NCBI RefSeq assembly: GCF_009914755.1
Contig: NC_060938.1
Reading direction: 5' to 3' (one strand)
Length of the DNA: 64,000 nucleotides
DNA from: the human T2T-CHM13v2.0 reference genome, Homo sapiens
This document shows, one piece after another, positions 57,259 to 64,000 of the stretch. A model generated the notes under the pieces. The model was not told the DNA's origin and searched no databases. It saw only the letters and a program-made list of their open reading frames with translations. How positions within the stretch are numbered: position 1 is the stretch's first letter; every line of letters begins with the position of its first letter. The position numbers and the translations under genes are program-made.

Positions 57259-57385
57259 TCTTCCCTCCCTCCTTCTTTCCCTCCCTCCCTCCCTCCCTCC
57301 CATCCTTCCTTCCTTCCTTCCTTCCTTCCTTCCTTCCTTCCTTCCTTCCTTCCTTCCTTCCTTCCTCTCCTTCTATTCTTCTTTT
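57259..57385. repeat. (TTCC)n/(TCCC)n polypyrimidine microsatellite
   Basis: Directly visible tandem array. Confidence 0.95.
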
Positions 57386-57472
57386 GGTTACTTTCTATGA
57401 AGAGTGAGTTGTATTTTAACAGTAATGCAGGCATTAAGGAAAATGATCTAAACCTTAAAAATAAGGCAAAGC

Positions 57473-58480
<1,008 letters not shown>

Positions 58481-59571
58481 TGGATGCAAATTGTTTTAGA
58501 TACCAAAAGGTTATGGCTTTCTTGTTCCTTAAGACCTCAAACCATTTTATATCTAATTTAGTGCCCACTTAGTCTTTAGTTTTCACTCTCTTATCATTCT
58601 ACTGTTTCCTTCATTAATGAGTTAAATCTTCAACATATGCTCATTTTATAATAGAATAATAGAAATTATTATTAGCTCTTAGAAAATTATACTTTTATTA
58701 AGAAAAGTAACAATTTATAAAATAAGGTCATCCCAATCACTAATGAAGAAAATCAGTAAAAAGAGAGCAAGAGTTACTTACATCAAAGGAATTCATTGAA
58801 TGTAAAACATACTATGCTTCTTAGCAACTATATATTTTCAAACACTAAGCATTCTACTCTCTTCCTAAAAGAAATTCATAGGCTTTACCTAAATCCCTTT
58901 TGGAAAGTGTTTATTTTTTTGTCAATTTAATCTATTTTCTCTCTATTAAAATTAGAAATATATTCTTAGTATCTCATTGGTGTGAATTTATTTTCCAGAT
59001 CCTTGCTGAAGTGACAAATAAGTGATGGAGCTTCTAAAGGGGCATAAAAGGGAAAAAAGAAACCTGGGACATAGATCCCTTGGGAACTCTGACTCTTCTG
59101 AGGAATGGTTCACAGAAGTGTATGCGAGTGTATGTCATTGACAAATAACTGGAAGGTAGTTTGGAGTGTGATCAAGACCATCACTGCTGGTTCAATTTTG
59201 CTTAGAGACCTCCCTGCCTTCTTTAGTTTCCTTCATCATGTGGAGATTAGCTGGGCTAAATGGGGCACCTAACCACAAAAGTATCCTTTATCTGAATGTT
59301 CTCTGTTTTTAGTGGGAGAGCTTTAGATGAAGGAAGCTCCACCCCTTGTTAGAATGTTGGGTCAAGTTTAAGTTACCACTCTTTGGGAAAGGACACTATT
59401 GCCAGGTCTGAGGGAAAGAAAATGAATCTACAAAAAAGTTACAAAGTGTGTTGTTTTTCTTTTTGTTTTGCTTTTTTGGGGTTTTTTGGTTTGCTTTTAG
59501 CTTATTGGAGAGAAGCCTCGGAAATAATTTAATTACTGTTAGCAACTAAATAATAAAAAGTCATTTCATAC

Positions 59572-60641
<1,070 letters not shown>

Positions 60642-62774
60642 ATACAATGTTATTTTTTCCTATACCAACAAAGGAGTACTCAAAAGTTTAGGTTGCAAGA
60701 GGAATTCTTATGATTTAAAGTCATTCAAACCTGAATGGTATTTGATATCTGAAGGCAATCAATCTCACCTCATATTTCTTTAAAGAAAGTAACATGGATT
60801 CACTTTGTACAGGTCTTATATGAGGCCACATAGTTAGAAAGAGATGGGGAAGGAGCAGAATATTAAAAATAAAGGAGCGCTTTACTGAAATGGAAGACAC
60901 TTAAACTCCCAGGCTCATTTTGCCCTCAAAATTTGTTTTCTCAAATCTTAGGAATGGCATTGAGACAACTGTTTAAACTGTATTTACTCCACAAAGAAGA
61001 TCTGGCCTAAGGTTATCTTTCAATCTTGGTACCAAGCAATTTCAAATTCAAATATTCTGAAGGAGGAAAAAGGTATTTTCAAGGATCATAATTATGATTG
61101 CCTTTGAAATAGACTGTGAATATATTTATTATGTTTATGTGTCTCACAGCTCTTGGTTTGAGGTTCAGTTGAGGTTTACATTAGTAACTGAAATTTACTT
61201 CCACATTCTACTCTGTGACAGCAATTTTGAAATACTATAAATGTCAAGACATGTTAGTCAACTGTAAGTAATTACTAATAAATGATGAGCGAATATTTTA
61301 TTTTGTGTCTCTAGCTAACAATTACAAAGTAATACATTTAGAATGATAAAAACAAAGTTTAAATTATTTTAAAATTGGTTTTTGTTTCCAATGAAAATTC
61401 TAAATAAAAATTGAAAAATTATAGAATGCAATACAATTAAATAGATGTTTCCAGGAATAATGTCATTTTAATTGAATACAAGATAACTCAACATGTATTC
61501 AATTTTAGCAAACCACTCCATACTACCACATCCCTCAGAAGAGTTCAGTATTTTTCTGTTTTAATATTGCATTACATTTTTTAAAAATCCAAGTAATCAC
61601 AATCTTGTTTTGAAAACAAACCATTTATTACTTGGTATGTGGCTATTTATTACTTCTCAGTTATATTTTGCAGTCATGTAATAGAAATGGCAGTTAACAG
61701 AGCATTTATCTAGCAATCTGGGAATGAATTATAATGCCATTAAAAATAGAGTGGCAGAATGCACAATTAATGGTTTCCAAAAGTATGCTAGTAAATCTGC
61801 TCTGGAAATAGGGACATATCTATTACTATATTTGCATTTGATCACTCTATTTCCCCTGAAGGACATCTGCCAAGCAAACAAGAGTCCAGGAATGTGGGGA
61901 GAAGTATAAGTGTGCCAATTTTCTCATCTTTCATAGAAATACATCAATATTCAAGTTTAATTTGAAAAAAAAAACAACTGAAAGTATAGTTATATTATGG
62001 AAATCACGATGAGCAGTAACAGAACTCATAATAATATAATAGTAAATAGGAGAAGCAAGAATAAGGAAGAAAGTCTGGTGCTCAATGATATACATGGAAA
62101 GTCAAGGCTAGATTGTTACTTTTGATAATAGAAAGCCTTGATGTTGAATCCGGATTCCATCCTTAAAGAAATTGCTTTACTTATTTGGTCCCCAGTGTCT
62201 CATTTGTAAAGTGAAGGAAGTAACTGTTTTGAAGTAAAATGTTTGGGATTAAGGAGCCAAGGAATATAAAGTGCCTGACACAAGGTGCAGCACATTTTAA
62301 GCGGAAACATACTAGTTAATAGTTTTATTATAATTACTGTTCTTTTAATTTTAAGGTCTGCCCCCCAAAATATTCCTATCTATTTTCTAGCTAGGTTTTA
62401 TATACCTACCTGAATTTTAAGACTTACTTAATTTGCACTACATATCAGAACTTCCTTAAATGTGGGATTCTGTAATGTACGGGGGATCTGAAATGATGAT
62501 GTAATTGATTGGTATGTTCTGATAGACAAGTCTGATGACGAGACGGTTGGAGCAGATGCTGTCCGTGTCAGCAAGTCCCACATTTCTGAGACCTTCCTCA
62601 ATAAACTCATTCCTCTCAAATTCTTGTCTCATGATCTGCTTTTGAAAGAACTCAAACACCACAATGTTTTAGGTATGCTTTCTCAGAAACTTTTGTAATC
62701 TCGCAGGAAGTATACAAGTCGAGATCCGAACCATGTGTTTGATGGATAATGTGCAGATTCCTTGAAGTAAGGTT

Positions 62775-63170
62775 CATTCATTTATTCATCTGTTCACTCA
62801 GTAATATTTATTGAACACTGAATATGTGCTACACACTGTGGCAGGATTTCTTTTTCCTGCCCCAAACTTTCTTCATGGTGCTTGTACAAGATAGAGACAC
62901 AAAATAAAAATACTTTATGAACAAATATCCAAAATAATATAATGTAACAGTATATGATAAGAAGCTGAATGAAGAAGATAGAGACTGTGGTGGGGTCAGT
63001 GGTGGTAAAGACAGTCTGTTTTAAATGGAATGAATATCAAGGATATCTTCGAGATCATATTTGAACAGAAGCATAAATTCAGTGATGAAGTATATCACGT
63101 TCAACCAAGTTAAAATTTAGAGGAAGAGCCTTTTATGCAGAGAGAAATGCAAATGCAAATGCACATTGAG
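62775..63170 (-). mobile_element. L2 fragment
   Basis: ttcattcatttattcat...atatttattgaacact tail motif. Confidence 0.6.
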
Positions 63171-63301
63171 AGGTTAATGTTTTTATATTTTCATATGAAT
63201 AATGCTGTATTTTATTCCATTGTATTCCATTAGGTATATTTGAAAGCATTATGTAACACTTCTATTTGTATAAAAAGTTTTGATATTTAAAATATGTTGA
63301 T

Positions 63302-63586
63302 GGAGGTAGAGGGTGGAGAAATAGATAACAGACTGGGCAGGGTGAGTAGGGGCTAGTGGGGAGAATAAAGAGAAGTGGGTTAAAGGATACAAACATTCAG
63401 TTAGGTAGAAGCAATAAATTCAACATTTCATAGCAGAGTATAATGACTATACTTAATAAAAATATGCTATACTTAGGTAATGGATATCCTAAATACTGTG
63501 ACTTGATCACTACGTACTGTATACATATCACAAAATTTCTCCTGCACCCCATAAATTTGCAGAAATAGAAAAGTTAAAAAATAAAA
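63302..63586 (+). mobile_element. L1MA 3' end
   Basis: ggatacaaacattcagttaggtagaagcaataa...tggatatcctaaatac..gacttgatcactac..cccataaatttg. Confidence 0.8.
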
Positions 63587-64000
63587 TGTGCTAAAAGTAG
63601 TTCCTTTCAATCATTTGATTGTAACAATTTTTATATATCAACTTAAATATGTGTGAAGAAGTGCAGTTTATTCATATTTTTGGACTGCATGAACAAAGTG
63701 TTAGAAAATCAATAGCGTATTTGACTTCCCAATAGGCTATTTGCATAATTTTATTTCACTCATTTTTAATTATTTTTTATTGAGGTGATATTCATGTAAC
63801 ATAAATTTAACCTTTAGAAAAACCCAGAGGTTATGTCTTTAATGAAACAGAATTCATTAAAAAGAGTGCTCGAGCTATTCTTTTTAATTAAGAGACTTTG
63901 CTTTTTAGGGTAGCTTTAGGTTTACAAAAAAATTTAAGTGAATATTCAAAACGTTCCCATATACTCTCTCACTTCCTCCCAACCCCACTATACACAGGTA

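Noticed and set aside
62493-62536. C/D-box snoRNA-like motifs (ATGATGA...CTGA)
   Set aside because: Box spacing is under 50 nt and there is no terminal stem.

Overview
AT-rich, repeat-dense primate (human-like) nuclear DNA with no protein-coding gene I can recognise. Many ORF-track entries are read-throughs of Alu, L1, LTR or mitochondrial-derived sequence. The window holds about 16 Alus, several L1 pieces (a twin-primed inverted L1PA16-like copy and an orphan L1P3-type 5'UTR among them), MaLR/ERV LTRs (LTR12F-like, MSTA, THE1, MLT1, MER21/MER74/MER39/LTR28-like), a Tigger3 element and MIR/L2 relics. The clearest feature is an old ~2.5 kb minus-strand NUMT (about 52622-55107): part of the control region with CSB1-3, tRNA-Phe, all of 12S, tRNA-Val and the 5' part of 16S. 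It keeps an intact 16-codon MOTS-c-like ORF (MRWQELGYIFYIQKIS). Non-repeat sequence at 35-45 kb contains two unexplained long inverted-repeat pairs, a ~110 bp direct duplication and candidate spliced exons of a possible lncRNA. Repeat subfamily names are recalled from consensus sequences, not searched, and old-repeat boundaries are approximate.
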